Shown: one piece after another, positions 18,436 to 29,100 of the stretch
Numbering within the stretch: the stretch's first letter is position 1
How the letters are laid out: each line of letters begins with the position of its first letter
DNA from: an uncultured virus (IMG/VR IMGVR_UViG_3300030098_005893)
Lineage: Duplodnaviria > Heunggongvirae > Uroviricota > Caudoviricetes
Direction: 5' to 3' (one strand)
Length of the DNA: 64,000 nucleotides
IMG/VR virus record: IMGVR_UViG_3300030098_005893
Coordinates: 1-64,000 of that record
The notes under the pieces: generated by a model
Databases searched by the model: none
What the model was told of the DNA's origin: nothing
Seen by the model: the letters and a program-made list of their open reading frames with translations, nothing else
Program-made: the position numbers and the translations under genes

Positions 18436-19989
18436 TTATTGGTCGAAGATCCAGAGATCAGCGGCCCGGAGAGCAGCGCGGCCCTCCTCCCCTGCCCGGT
18501 TGGCAAAGGTATTGAAAAGGGACTGGCGAACATCGCTAGCAGTCTCCTTGAGGCCCGGGAAGGTCATCCCGGTGTCCCGGTTGTAACCAAGCCACAGGCA
18601 CCCGGCATTGACCAGCACCCGGGTGGAGCATGGCTCCTCCAGAACTGGCTCGCTACCGTTCAGGCCGAAATGCAACGGCCTTGCAACGCTTGCCCACTTT
18701 GCAAGCAGGGTGGCCTCCGTTGTGCTGAGCGTCTCCCCGGTATCCGGGTTGCACAGTCTGCAGAGGATCTCAACCTCCTCCTCCAGAGGGAGCGGGGAGG
18801 CGATGACTGACAGCAGGCGCTGCTTCAGCGAGGGATCGAATCCCTCCCGGTTGTAGTGCCCGGCATCATCCCCAATCGAATTGGAGGTGAAGACAACCAC
18901 AAAGCCGGGAGCAGCCTTCACAACCTCCCCTGTCGGGGCAATCGTAACCTCCCGGGATTCCAGCGCATCGTTAAAGATCATGCTGGTGGCCTGAGAGAGC
19001 AGGTCCCCCTCATCGACGATGAGAACGTATCCATGCCGCATGGCATGGGTAAGGGGGCCATCGCTGTAGTAGGAGGTCCCGCCCTTGATCCCCGCTGTGA
19101 ACAGCAGCTCATCGGCCTGCAATACATCGTTGCCGGAGATGAGCTTCCATGGCAGGCCTAGCTTGTTGCAGGCCTGTTTCACCGGGAATGTTTTCCCCGC
19201 CCCGGAGCTGCCTCCCATCACCATGTGGACGCCAGCCATGAGCCAGCCACAGAAGGACTCAAACCAGCCGGAAGGCTCTTGGAACAGGGGATCGACCTTC
19301 TCGACAGGGGGAAGCTCCCGGGCTCCCTCAGCCACCCTCTGGATCACCTCCTCGGAGGGGGAGAGAGCAGTGATGGTCTCCGAAACAGCAGCCCGGAGAG
19401 CAGCCGGGGAAAGGGAGGCCCCTCCCCCGGACTTGGCAGCAGCCTCAGCAGCCTCGACTGCCTTGGCCTCGACCGCCCCCAGATCGTTACCCATCCGGGT
19501 GGCCAGAGAAGTCAGGTCGGATTGCAACTTTGCAATTGCGCTCCCGGTTTCCTCCTCCCCCTCGGAGAGGGTTGCAGCGAGGAGAGAGGCCAAGGCCTCA
19601 GCCTTGCTGCCAGCCGCCGGAACCGGAGCAGCCGGGGTGGCCTCAGGAGCCGGGCCCGTTACCGGAGCCGGGGCTGCGCTGAGATTGTCCTCAGATACCG
19701 TCTCAACCCAATTGTCCATGGTCTGGCCAACGGTTGAGAAGGCTGAGAAGTAGTTCAGGATCTCCTCTCCCTGCTTGTCATGAATCTGCGACAATAGCTG
19801 GTCCCGGGTATGCCCCCCGGCCTGTGCAAGGATCTCGAACAGGGGCCATATCCGGCTCCCGTTCCATCCATTGGCTCCCTGCCTGATATTACTGAGCGCC
19901 GGGCGCAGTTTGTTCAGGGGGTGATTACTTGGTGCGGCCTTGACCATGTTGGCCAAGACCCGTCTTGCTACTTGAATGTTGAATTTCAT
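18436..19989 (-). CDS. MoxR/CobS-like AAA+ ATPase
   Basis: Walker A GSSGAGKT, Walker B LIVDE, FTSN, DGPLT.AMR.G. Confidence 0.88.
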   Translation of the reverse strand: MKFNIQVARRVLANMVKAAPSNHPLNKLRPALSNIRQGANGWNGSRIWPLFEILAQAGGHTRDQLLSQIHDKQGEEILNYFSAFSTVGQTMDNWVETVSEDNLSAAPAPVTGPAPEATPAAPVPAAGSKAEALASLLAATLSEGEEETGSAIAKLQSDLTSLATRMGNDLGAVEAKAVEAAEAAAKSGGGASLSPAALRAAVSETITALSPSEEVIQRVAEGARELPPVEKVDPLFQEPSGWFESFCGWLMAGVHMVMGGSSGAGKTFPVKQACNKLGLPWKLISGNDVLQADELLFTAGIKGGTSYYSDGPLTHAMRHGYVLIVDEGDLLSQATSMIFNDALESREVTIAPTGEVVKAAPGFVVVFTSNSIGDDAGHYNREGFDPSLKQRLLSVIASPLPLEEEVEILCRLCNPDTGETLSTTEATLLAKWASVARPLHFGLNGSEPVLEEPCSTRVLVNAGCLWLGYNRDTGMTFPGLKETASDVRQSLFNTFANRAGEEGRAALRAADLWIFDQ

Positions 19990-19994
19990 AATAT

Positions 19995-20690
19995 GCTACG
20001 GCGGATGGCCCGGACTCATTCCGGATCACCCCATCAGCCCCCGGGTAACAAAGAGCCCCGGAGGCTGATGGGGAGACCGTCCCGGGATCGGGACAGCCTC
20101 CACTGTAATAAAGTTGCAAGGGTTATCGCTCCGGGCCCATCTGATGAGACTTGGGGGCACCTCTGCCACCTCCACCGTCTTGGCGAATCTTGCAATTGCT
20201 AACCTCTTCTGCTGCTGGCAACGAGCCGTTCCTCATTCCCTGCCGGGCAACGAACCTTTCCTTGCTGGGCCTGTCCGGGTTGGCAACGAACCGTAACCGG
20301 GGCTCAGGGTGGCTCAGGAATGAGCAGAATCTGCTGGTGAGAAGGGCACCCTTTCAGGACCTTGCTCTTCGAGGGGGAATCGCCATCTCCGTAGCGCCCT
20401 GCCTCCTACCCTCCCCGCCGTGCCTTGCTGTTGGGGACCTTCACGTTGACCCTTGGCAATGCCCTAACCCCGGGGGGGCTGTCGCTGTCCCCCTAGGTCG
20501 AAGCATGTGGCGAACGCCTTGCTGCTAGGGAGTGGGAACTGGAGGTAACCGGAACAACCGGGCCGCCTAACCCATCGGCCTCAGGGGAAGGGCCAGCCTT
20601 GCGATCCCTCTCTCCCTGACCGTTGCCGAACTGAGGCTGAAGGTGGCCCGGGAGAGCCCTGAAGCATCCCGGCTTTCGCTGGGACGGCGC
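19995..20690. ncRNA. Candidate large structured non-coding RNA or long leader
   Basis: No credible ORF; dense nested inverted repeats and repeated GGCAACGA hairpin motifs. Confidence 0.4.
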
Positions 20691-20692
20691 AA

Positions 20693-20721
20693 CTTATGGG
20701 GGAAAGAGGCCCCTGTGTCAA
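20693..20721 (-). promoter_or_regulatory. Sigma70-like early promoter
   Basis: Minus strand TTGACA-N17-CATAAG, preceded by a T-rich stretch. Confidence 0.5.
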
Positions 20722-21579
20722 CCCTGCTGGACAAAAAAATGCAACTTTCTTTCCCGCCCCTATTTTGCAAGGGCGAAACAGGCCTCCCCACTGTCCGCAA
20801 ACCCCCTCCCCGGTAGCTCTACCCATTCTCCCGGGAGGCTGAGCCCCTCTCTACCCCCCGGAGGGTAGCCCCCGCCCCCCCTACTACATACCCCCTCCAT
20901 TGCAACCCCCGGGAGGGGAGGGCCAACCCCACCCCCCGCCCCTATATCCCAGAGCAGAACTGCCGGGCGAGTCATACCAGCACACATACTCCCTACTACT
21001 GGCACACACACTCTCCCCACTACAGCAGACAGCACCCCCCGGCCTCCCTCGCTCTCCCCCCTCGCACGGCGCAATCCATGTCATCGTGCTGAGGCCCCCT
21101 CCCTGCCGTGCCACAGATGCTCCACGTGGAACAGTCGCCCCCCCATTGCAATTGCATCCATGCTGCCATGCCACCCTGCCGCCTCCCTGCCATGCCGCTA
21201 CCCCCGGAGCCATGGCCACCCGGGGAACTATCACTCCCCCTGCTGCTCCGTTGCAAGTTGCAACCAGTTGCAAGGGGCACCCCGGGATACCCGGACCCCC
21301 GGCAACGGGTCCCATGCCCCCGAGGTCTCCCCGTAAAGATACCCCCCTAAGCGGAGCGGCGTTACTATTGGGGAATATGGGACCCCTATTTTGGGACTCC
21401 GGGGATGGAACGGGACTCCAGCGTGGGACTCTACATCTGGAACGGGACTCCTGAAGTGGTTTGGGTCTGATGACCGCTGATGTGGGGTGCCGCTTCCGCC
21501 TCTCTATGGCAATGAGGCGTAGTGCTAATTTTCCCGAAAAAAAATCTTAGCCCATCCGGCTACGCCGATCTGGGCTAAA

Positions 21580-21936
21580 TTATTGCTGTGGTTGAGAGAG
21601 GGGAGGGGACTCAAGTTTGAACTCGTAGAGTTCGTCCATGAGTTTATCGACCCTTTTTTGCAACTCTGAGATATGCAGGTCCTGTCTTGTATCTGAGGGG
21701 AGTTCCCCACTTCCCCATTTTCCGGCAGGCCAAAGTTCCACGAATTGTGAATTTTTGGAGACATCCTTTCCCATCATCTGGATTTGGAAGTCGTTATGCT
21801 GGACCTGAGAGTTTAGTCCTGACGCCCACCAGACTATTGCGGCGGCTTGGAGTGCCAGTCCTACTAGGAGAGGGACAAATGCAAAGCCAGCCCCATCGCG
21901 GCTATCGCTTTTGTCCTCTTTTGCCATGAACGGCAT
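21580..21936 (-). CDS. Single-TM protein with a coiled coil
   Basis: Hydrophobic segment FAFVPLLVGLALQAAAIVWW. Confidence 0.6.
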   Translation of the reverse strand: MPFMAKEDKSDSRDGAGFAFVPLLVGLALQAAAIVWWASGLNSQVQHNDFQIQMMGKDVSKNSQFVELWPAGKWGSGELPSDTRQDLHISELQKRVDKLMDELYEFKLESPPLSQPQQ

Positions 21937-21944
21937 TGTTCACA

Positions 21945-22922
21945 TTATCCCTTTTGGGTCAAGGGTCCGCGCTTGATATGGGAGTGAGCCTCCTTTTTGG
22001 CCTCCTTGTATCTCTCCACCGCATCAGACCCTGACATATCGACCATCCCCCTTGGCGGGTCGAGCTTGGCATCCTGCCAGTCACCTGCCTTGGAATTTGT
22101 GGCAATCAGACGATTTCTCCCTTCTCCCAAGAACGAGACCATGATGTATGCGCCCCTCTTTTTCTTAACTGGATGGTCAAGAGCCATGACTATCCTGTAG
22201 TCGTCAGCCGCTCCGAGTGCCCAGCAGGCTGAAATAACGGCCTGAATGGGGTCAAACCGGGCTGAAACGGGCGATAAGAGCCTCTCTGGAGACAATACAC
22301 TCTCCCTACTGGCCACAGATGCGGGAAATCCGGCCACACAGGCCCTTAAACTCCACATTAGCCAGATTTTTTCCATGGATTCGTCCAAATGGTCCCAACT
22401 AAGAGTGGCCAAAGTTGGTGAATCTAGAAAAACCCACTTATCTTTTACGGTTATTCCCTCCGGAGGGAGGAATAAGGGGATCAGGTCCAGTATCTCCTTT
22501 GGGACATCGTCTCCATTGTGTGAAAGCAGGTCACGAGACATGGACCTAACTTGCATTCTTGCAAAAAGGCTGTCTTGCAACTTCACCCCTCCCCCCATTG
22601 CCATTTCCTTCTTAACGGCCTTCTGTTTCTCCTCATCCAAAAATGGAGACGAGAGTTCTGAGTCCAGCCAGACGTTGTTGAGCGTTCCCTCCAGACCAAG
22701 CATTCCCTTTTTGTAGGGAGTCCACACCCCCCACGGGGTGATCTTCTTAAAGCCTAAGTTATCCCGGCAGAACAGTTTGTCCCATACGCGCAAGCGGTAG
22801 GAGTTAATGTTCTCCCTGAGCGCGGCCACAACTTCCCCGGGCACCAGACCCTCGCACAAGGAGAGGTTTGTGATGTCTTCACGATCAACCGGAATAGACT
22901 TGGTGGGGTCGATCTCGTTCAT
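21945..22922 (-). CDS. Hypothetical protein
   Basis: Long ORF; ATG 22922 (MNEIDP) chosen as start. Confidence 0.7.
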   Translation of the reverse strand: MNEIDPTKSIPVDREDITNLSLCEGLVPGEVVAALRENINSYRLRVWDKLFCRDNLGFKKITPWGVWTPYKKGMLGLEGTLNNVWLDSELSSPFLDEEKQKAVKKEMAMGGGVKLQDSLFARMQVRSMSRDLLSHNGDDVPKEILDLIPLFLPPEGITVKDKWVFLDSPTLATLSWDHLDESMEKIWLMWSLRACVAGFPASVASRESVLSPERLLSPVSARFDPIQAVISACWALGAADDYRIVMALDHPVKKKRGAYIMVSFLGEGRNRLIATNSKAGDWQDAKLDPPRGMVDMSGSDAVERYKEAKKEAHSHIKRGPLTQKG

Positions 22923-23001
22923 CGCTCCAATAATCTCAATGAGGCCGCTACAGCCAAAGAAGTAATTATTAAGAAGCAAAGCATCTCAACGTCAGAGGGT
23001 A

Positions 23002-23454
23002 TCATGTTGCAAAAGGACAGAAATCGTATTTCGGTCCACTAGGCCAAAATGCTACCAAGTTTTGCTCCGCGAGGAACTCCTTAATTCGTGTGGAATTTAG
23101 TCCCAGAGCGCCACGGAGCTTGCTTCTCCTGCCCCCGGTGCAGTGGAAAAGATACCAGTCCTCCTCCCCATCTGACTTTCTTTCCACCTTGATGACATGC
23201 CCAACCGCAACCTTGTTCTCTTCAGAGTCCAGAATCTCCAACCTTTTTTGCCGGAGAATCTTCCCCTTGGGAGGAAGCAGACATCGGCATAGGGAGCAAT
23301 GTCCCTCTTCGTCATCTTCGCGGTTTGGGTCGCAACCAGTGACGATCCCCGTGGAGACGTAGCAGAACCCGCAGGTCTCTGTTGTTACCCTGAATTTATT
23401 CTTTCTCTTCAGGTTTCTCCTCGTCCTCTTGTCCGGTATCTTGTTTTTTGGCAT
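23002..23454 (-). CDS. Hypothetical protein with two CxxC pairs
   Basis: CGFC and CSLC. Confidence 0.55.
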   Translation of the reverse strand: MPKNKIPDKRTRRNLKRKNKFRVTTETCGFCYVSTGIVTGCDPNREDDEEGHCSLCRCLLPPKGKILRQKRLEILDSEENKVAVGHVIKVERKSDGEEDWYLFHCTGGRRSKLRGALGLNSTRIKEFLAEQNLVAFWPSGPKYDFCPFAT

Positions 23455-23914
23455 CTGGATCTTGTGTTTTCAGGTCCTTGTCTAGCAACTCAAACAAGTG
23501 CCAAGCAGCCTGAGCATTTGTTTCGAGCCTGTTGTAGGCATCGCTATACCCCTGCATTGGACACAGGAAGTATGCTCCTACAAATTCATTGTCCGGATCA
23601 GAGAGCATATTCTTAACCGTCTGGAGGGCCAAGTTAGCCTGAACCTTATCAGCGGTGTGCATCCTGATCTTGGCGTCTTCTGCCTTGGGCCGGGAAAACA
23701 TAACCAAAGCAACTTTGCCCAAGCGGGGGTCATACTTTGGCTTTTTGCGCTTAATCGCTTGTTTAAGCTCCTTCTCCAGAAGCCTGAGCCTTTGGTCTTT
23801 CTCCATTATCTCGTTAGAGAGACCAGTGATCATCTTTTTGATCGCCTCCCTCTCTTCCGGAATAATCTCTCCAATAATTTCCTCGGGAGACTCAATCTCT
23901 TCTTCTTTAGGCAT
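23396..23914 (-). CDS. Hypothetical coiled-coil protein
   Basis: 172-aa ATG-started ORF. Confidence 0.65.
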   Translation of the reverse strand: MPKEEEIESPEEIIGEIIPEEREAIKKMITGLSNEIMEKDQRLRLLEKELKQAIKRKKPKYDPRLGKVALVMFSRPKAEDAKIRMHTADKVQANLALQTVKNMLSDPDNEFVGAYFLCPMQGYSDAYNRLETNAQAAWHLFELLDKDLKTQDPDAKKQDTGQEDEEKPEEKE

Positions 23915-23919
23915 AAGAT

Positions 23920-24225
23920 TTACAGTGCTTTGCGTTCTGACAAATCAAGGACATTGGTGGCATCATGCAGACGCTCAAGAGGCCAAGGCCTAAGACCTCG
24001 CTCAAGGTCAGAAAGGTATGTCGCAGAGATGTTCATCCACTTCGCCATAGAGCGCAGTGACATGCCCGTCTTTACCCTCCTCTTCCTTACAAGCGAGCCA
24101 ATCGCCTCCCAGTCAAATACCCATTGTGAGGACATGCTTACTGGTTGGTATTGACCAAGCCAGCTAGGAAGCGCGGAATAAGCCTCTTCGCGTGTCTTGA
24201 AGCTAGTCCGAAAGCTCTTCGGCAT
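23920..24225 (-). CDS. XRE/Cro-C1 HTH regulator
   Basis: RKRRVKTGMSLRSMAKWMNISATYLSDLERG. Confidence 0.8.
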   Translation of the reverse strand: MPKSFRTSFKTREEAYSALPSWLGQYQPVSMSSQWVFDWEAIGSLVRKRRVKTGMSLRSMAKWMNISATYLSDLERGLRPWPLERLHDATNVLDLSERKAL

Positions 24226-24403
24226 ACTGAGATATTTCTGAGGCTACATCTTTGAATGCTTCAGCGGGATTAGGGTCTGGCTTACCCAGCGACCTATATT
24301 CATCGTTTTCAACATTCATCGCGTTAATTGTCGCAAGGCACTCAATGACTTTGGAATGCGCGTGTAACACTCCCTTTAGCTGGCTTAACAATTCTTCATC
24401 CAT
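24203..24403 (-). CDS. Hypothetical protein
   Basis: ATG 24403 (MDEELL) chosen as start. Confidence 0.5.
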   Translation of the reverse strand: MDEELLSQLKGVLHAHSKVIECLATINAMNVENDEYRSLGKPDPNPAEAFKDVASEISQYAEELSD

Positions 24404-24413
24404 GGGTGTCAAC

Positions 24414-24644
24414 CTATGCAGGTTTACACGCCGAGTCAATGCCAGATTCCCTGTTAAGAACCCATACCAGAAGTGGCCTCTCAACCATTAGCCATTTTGT
24501 GTTCCTTTGTATGACCTTGCCGTTTAGTCGATGAAAGAGCTTTCCCTTATCGAACTTCAGGGCTGAATCATAACCGATGTTGATCCACCCTCCCTGTTGC
24601 AAAACGGGAGGAACCTCACTAACAGGGCTCTCGGGCCTGTCCAT
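24414..24644 (-). CDS. Hypothetical protein (76 aa)
   Basis: ATG preceded by a TATAGT -10-like box. Confidence 0.5.
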   Translation of the reverse strand: MDRPESPVSEVPPVLQQGGWINIGYDSALKFDKGKLFHRLNGKVIQRNTKWLMVERPLLVWVLNRESGIDSACKPA

Positions 24645-24687
24645 GCCCCACTATAATCCACATTTGCAATGTATTTACAAGTGAAAT

Positions 24688-25329
24688 TTAACGGGAGTAT
24701 TTTTCGTCAGCATCTAGTGACCCCCTGACCTTCAAGTCCTTAGAGAGAATTTTCTTTCTAACCTCCGACTCTATTGGGGTCTCCTCGTCCTTGGGCCGCT
24801 CCTTCAAGGCCTTTTCCGCTTCCGTTAGGTCTCCTTCAATAAGTTGCTCGCTAGGGACTTCAATAGCCTCTCCATCCTCAGCCTTGGACCTGTCGAGCAT
24901 TCGGCCAACTGCTCTACGCAAAGCCGGGGACTTCTGCATTTTGTTTTCCAGAGTCTGCATTGTATCCACATTGTGAGTGACCACCTCGCTTCGGGACACA
25001 GGCATTCCCACTTGATATTGCAAAAGCAGCTTCAGCGCGTCCAACCGGGTTTTGAAGTCAGGGGTCTCAAACGGCTTGCCCCCAATGGCCATGGTTTTGG
25101 TCGCAGACATGCATTCTGCAATTTTTGCAACTACCTGATCCGGTCCAAACTTAATTGCAAGTGACTCGATGATCTTGGGGGCTAGGTCGGCGGCCCTGAT
25201 GGAGAGGCGGCCCTCTTCTGCCGCTTTTTTGATTTTGCTCTCAGCCTCCTGAACCACGGTCTCTTTTTCAACTGTTCCCTCCGGGGGGAGAGAGGGCAAA
25301 GGTAGGCTTTCAGGCTGTTTTTTAGGCAT
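24688..25329 (-). CDS. Possible terminase small subunit
   Basis: PDFKTRLDALKLLL...G.P resembles TerS oligomerisation helices. ATG 25329 (MPKKQ). Confidence 0.45.
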   Translation of the reverse strand: MPKKQPESLPLPSLPPEGTVEKETVVQEAESKIKKAAEEGRLSIRAADLAPKIIESLAIKFGPDQVVAKIAECMSATKTMAIGGKPFETPDFKTRLDALKLLLQYQVGMPVSRSEVVTHNVDTMQTLENKMQKSPALRRAVGRMLDRSKAEDGEAIEVPSEQLIEGDLTEAEKALKERPKDEETPIESEVRKKILSKDLKVRGSLDADEKYSR

Positions 25330-25364
25330 TGCAAGGAAATAAATTGCATGGTGTAATGTTGCAA
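25329..25364. promoter_or_regulatory. Divergent promoter region between the two arms
   Basis: Plus strand TTGCAA(25329)-N17-TGTAAT(25352); second TTGCAA at 25359 faces leftward. Confidence 0.55.
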
Positions 25365-25376
25365 GCTCTTTTAGAC

Positions 25377-26087
25377 ATGGCAAACGGCAGATTACCTATT
25401 ACAAGATCCCTCCCAAGCATGGCCCCAATGACGTTCCGGCAAATGGGGGGATATGGAAGAATTACCTCTCCATCGCAAGAGATAAGAAGGCGCTCCAGAG
25501 ATTTGCCCGGGGCAACTGATCTTAATCCCTCCGGAAAGTCTACTCCTGTTGAAAACGCGGGGGCGGGGAATAGTGGATTTGAGAGGTTCTTGGACCTTCA
25601 CCGGGGGAGCAGGGGAGGACGGATTCAATCCAGCAAGACCAAAGGGGCATTTAGATACACTTCCGGTAAATACAAAGGCATGACAAAGGGGGAGGTAGAC
25701 ATCATGGCCCACAGGCAGTTCCAAAAGATGTCAGACAAGCAACGGGATCAGTTCCGCCCGATGAATGAAGGCGATTTTGCAAAAGCTCGGGAGCGGAAGC
25801 ACCAAATGGCGCGAGATCAACACGAGCTTGCACTTGAATTTAAGAAAAAGAATCAGGCTCTTGCGGGAGAAATCGCAGACGAGAATGACCCCGACAACGC
25901 GGAGGGGGCTGAGGAGCCTTGGAATCCTTCCGGCGAGGAATCCGACCCAATCGTTCGGGGAGCCAAGGGAGATTCCGGGGCACAGGGGACAGCCGGGGCA
26001 CCGGGGTCTAGTCCGGTTAAGAGGACTCGCCGCATAAACGCAGCAGGCGGCAGGCCGATAGGGCGCGGCAGGCGGATAGGGCTCTAG
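25377..26087 (+). CDS. Hypothetical protein, possible internal virion protein
   Basis: ATG 25377; first gene of the plus-strand arm; contains PVENAG. Confidence 0.65.
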   Translation: MANGRLPITRSLPSMAPMTFRQMGGYGRITSPSQEIRRRSRDLPGATDLNPSGKSTPVENAGAGNSGFERFLDLHRGSRGGRIQSSKTKGAFRYTSGKYKGMTKGEVDIMAHRQFQKMSDKQRDQFRPMNEGDFAKARERKHQMARDQHELALEFKKKNQALAGEIADENDPDNAEGAEEPWNPSGEESDPIVRGAKGDSGAQGTAGAPGSSPVKRTRRINAAGGRPIGRGRRIGL

Positions 26088-26113
26088 GCCCGGTAAAATA
26101 ACAAGTCGATTAA

Positions 26114-29100
26114 ATGGCTGACATGGAGGAATCTTACAAAGATGCGCCTGTCGAAAATCCCTATGGGAACGACAGCATGGACGACTTTCAAGCTGGCATT
26201 GCAAGGCACCAGCGAAACATAGACGCTCTTGTTAGGGAGCAGGAGCAGAGAAAAGCGGAAAGAAAGCGGCTAGAAGATGCTCGTCAGGCGGAAATAGACC
26301 GCGTCGCAGGGGAACGCGCAAGAAGGCAAAATGAAGTAATCCTGCAAAGAGCCAAGGAGGACGGCCTTGATGATTACCTAGTCCCAGACAGTGAAGGAGT
26401 CCTTAGGTCGTCTTTAACAGAGGATCAGATTGCAAGACACAGAGCGAATAAAAAGCTGGAGGAAGAAGAAATGGCAAAGAGGTCTCTTGCAAAAGAGCAG
26501 GCCTCTCGCACTGACCCCGGCAGCCTTAAAGATCAGCTATCTCAAATAGACGTTTTATCTGAGGCCAAAAGAAAATCCGAGGAAGAGTCCCTGCAAGCCA
26601 ATAGAGACCAAATACGATACTTGGAGGCATCGGTCTGGGAGGAAAAAGACCAGCTAATTTCGGGAGTCAGGGAAAAGATTAGGGCTTCAGAAAATGCCTT
26701 AAAAGCTGATGACGAGGCCATTGATCAAAAGGCAGCAATTGAAGCTGAAATACTCAGAAACCAAAGAATCGCAGAGGGGTTCCCTGAGGACCTTGCTAGG
26801 GATGTAGACGGGAGGAGGACTTGGACGGCTCCCCCGGCGGAGGATGACCCGGAGGCGGGAGGGAAGTGGCTGGACGCATATAACCGCGAGGTTGAAATAA
26901 ATAACTCCCGGCGAGAGCAAATCAGCGAAACTGAGAAAAAGGCGGCAGACGCATATCAGAAAAGGGTAAAGGAACTGGAAAGCTCTTTTGTTGAATGGGC
27001 TGAATCAGGGGCGACCCCAAAGCAAATTGCTGAGGCAAAAGAGACTTTGCAAGACGAGTGGGGGAAGGCCACGGCTGAATACCTGAAGGAAAGGTATAAG
27101 TTTGAGAGCGAACTCAAGAAGTCTGAGGCTAGGTCGAAATCCCTAGACCTTCTACGGCCAATTGTTGGTGATTACCTTGAGGATCTCAAGGGGTATTACC
27201 GGGGGAAAGAAGAAGAAGCTGAAAAAGCGCAAAAGCAAAAAAGAGACGCAATTGCCGACAAGTTAAAAAAAGAATACTATGAGACGTTTGGCAAAATTCC
27301 CCTTGATGGAAGGGAGTATGTGGACCCCGCCGATCCAGTTCTAAATGAGATATTCAAGGAGCAACAGAAACTCATCAAAAAAGGGTGGGAGGGTGTCCCC
27401 GATGATTACGAACATCTCGGTCCTTACGCCGCCAGTATGGGCCCAATTGGGAGCAAAGAGGACAAAATTGATTACGCGCAATGGAGACTAAGCGAGCTTG
27501 ATGCCGCGTTTGGCCGCCGTATTGAGTTCCTTATGGCAAGGAACTCTGAGGTGATTATGTCTCTTCAGGAAATCCTGTGGAAAATGGGCAGCACATCAGC
27601 CCTCCCCGGATCTCCATCTTTGCTAAAGCAAATGGGGAAGTATAACTTTGACTCAAACTTGGTATTAGAGAGTCACAGGTTCCCTTTGTATAACAAAGAG
27701 GACTCGCCCGTTTTTGATCGAGTTGAAGCTGGCGTAGCCACGGTTCCCCTACAGATAGCGGCCAACATCTCCCTTGCGTTTGGCTACGGGCTGTCAAGGC
27801 TGGTTGGTCATACTGCTCGGACGGTCAAAAAGGCAGCCCCCGGAACACAGTATAAGGAATACCGTAGATTTGACGAATGGCTTGAGAACAGCGGCCTCAC
27901 TCACAGTGAGGCAAAGCACGGAATGCAGGAAGTGCTTAAAGGCTGGAAAAAGTGGGGGAAGCCTAATGAGGAAATGGCAAGGTATAGAGCTGATGGAGTA
28001 ATCCTGCTGAACCCTGATCTAAATGTGTTGGATAGGGGCCTATACAAAAAGGCTATAGAGTCTACGGATGCTCCGAGCTTTATCAAAAAGCATTACCTTG
28101 GCGAAGGGGCACAGGAAAGGATAAGGAATGTTTACGCTTCGTCAATTGAGCATCAGGCCAACGCGGCTTATGCGGGGCCCGGGGGTATCCCGATGCCGAA
28201 TGAGTGGATGAAAGAGGCATATCCCGACAACTCTTTAAGCATCATGGATGATGTTGAGGAGATGGCGAACAAGAGGGCTGAGCTAAGGGAGCAGATAGGC
28301 ACTCTAGATGAATCAGACCCTGCTCTCACCGGACTCAAAAAAGAGGAAGAGGAGCTGACCAAGAACATCGAGATGATGCGAGACGTTGCAAAAAACGCTC
28401 GCGCTGAATGGAGAAAAAACACTCCCGAGTATTCCGAGCAAATAGAGGAATGGCTGCGACTTTATGGCAGAGACAAGCCTCTTGCTTATTTTACTAGGCC
28501 AGCCCGGAGCTTGGCCTTGGGCGGGGGCAAGTTCCTGCAAACTATCACCGGGGTTGGGGCCATTCTTGAAGTTCCCGGCGCTCGCAATGCCACATTGTCT
28601 TTAGCTGATGGCATAGAAGAACAGCGCGTGGCCCGTGATTTTGCGGGAGGGGCCATTCCCGTAGTAAGCGCAATTACAGACGTTATAGGAGAAGAGGGCC
28701 CATCTCTTGTGTTCTCTCTTATTCCGGGCACCGCGCTTGGCGCAAGAGCTGCCGCTCTCGTAAGGAAGCAGGTCGTAGCAGGCGCCCTGACCAAAAAAGC
28801 AGCCTCCAAGCAAGTTGCAAAAGCAGGCCTCAGGGGGTCCGCTATTGGCGCTGGAGTGCAGTCTACGGGGCTTTCATGGGCTCAATACTTTAACGATGCA
28901 AAAAGGGTCCGCGAGGAAGAGCTTGGCAGGCCGCTAACTGAATCTGAGCTAAACGAACTTGCAAAACTCCCCGCAGTGCAAGGTAGAGCAGTGATGACAG
29001 GTCTTTTGACGGCTGGAACCGTCAAGGCGTTTGGATTCACAGGAACTGAGGTAGTTTGGAGAAAGGGAACAAACATTACTGTTCGTGATTGGTGGAGGCA

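Noticed and set aside
20141..20190. CTGATGAG as a hammerhead ribozyme core
   Set aside because: No GAAA after a stem II and no stem I/III with a UH site could be built.
20280..20310. Group II intron domain V-like sequence on the minus strand
   Set aside because: Spacing and bulge do not fit domain V, and there is no RT/maturase ORF.
20760..21454. Pro/Gly-rich ORFs on both strands
   Set aside because: Products of C/G runs with non-ATG or implausible starts and no protein-like composition.
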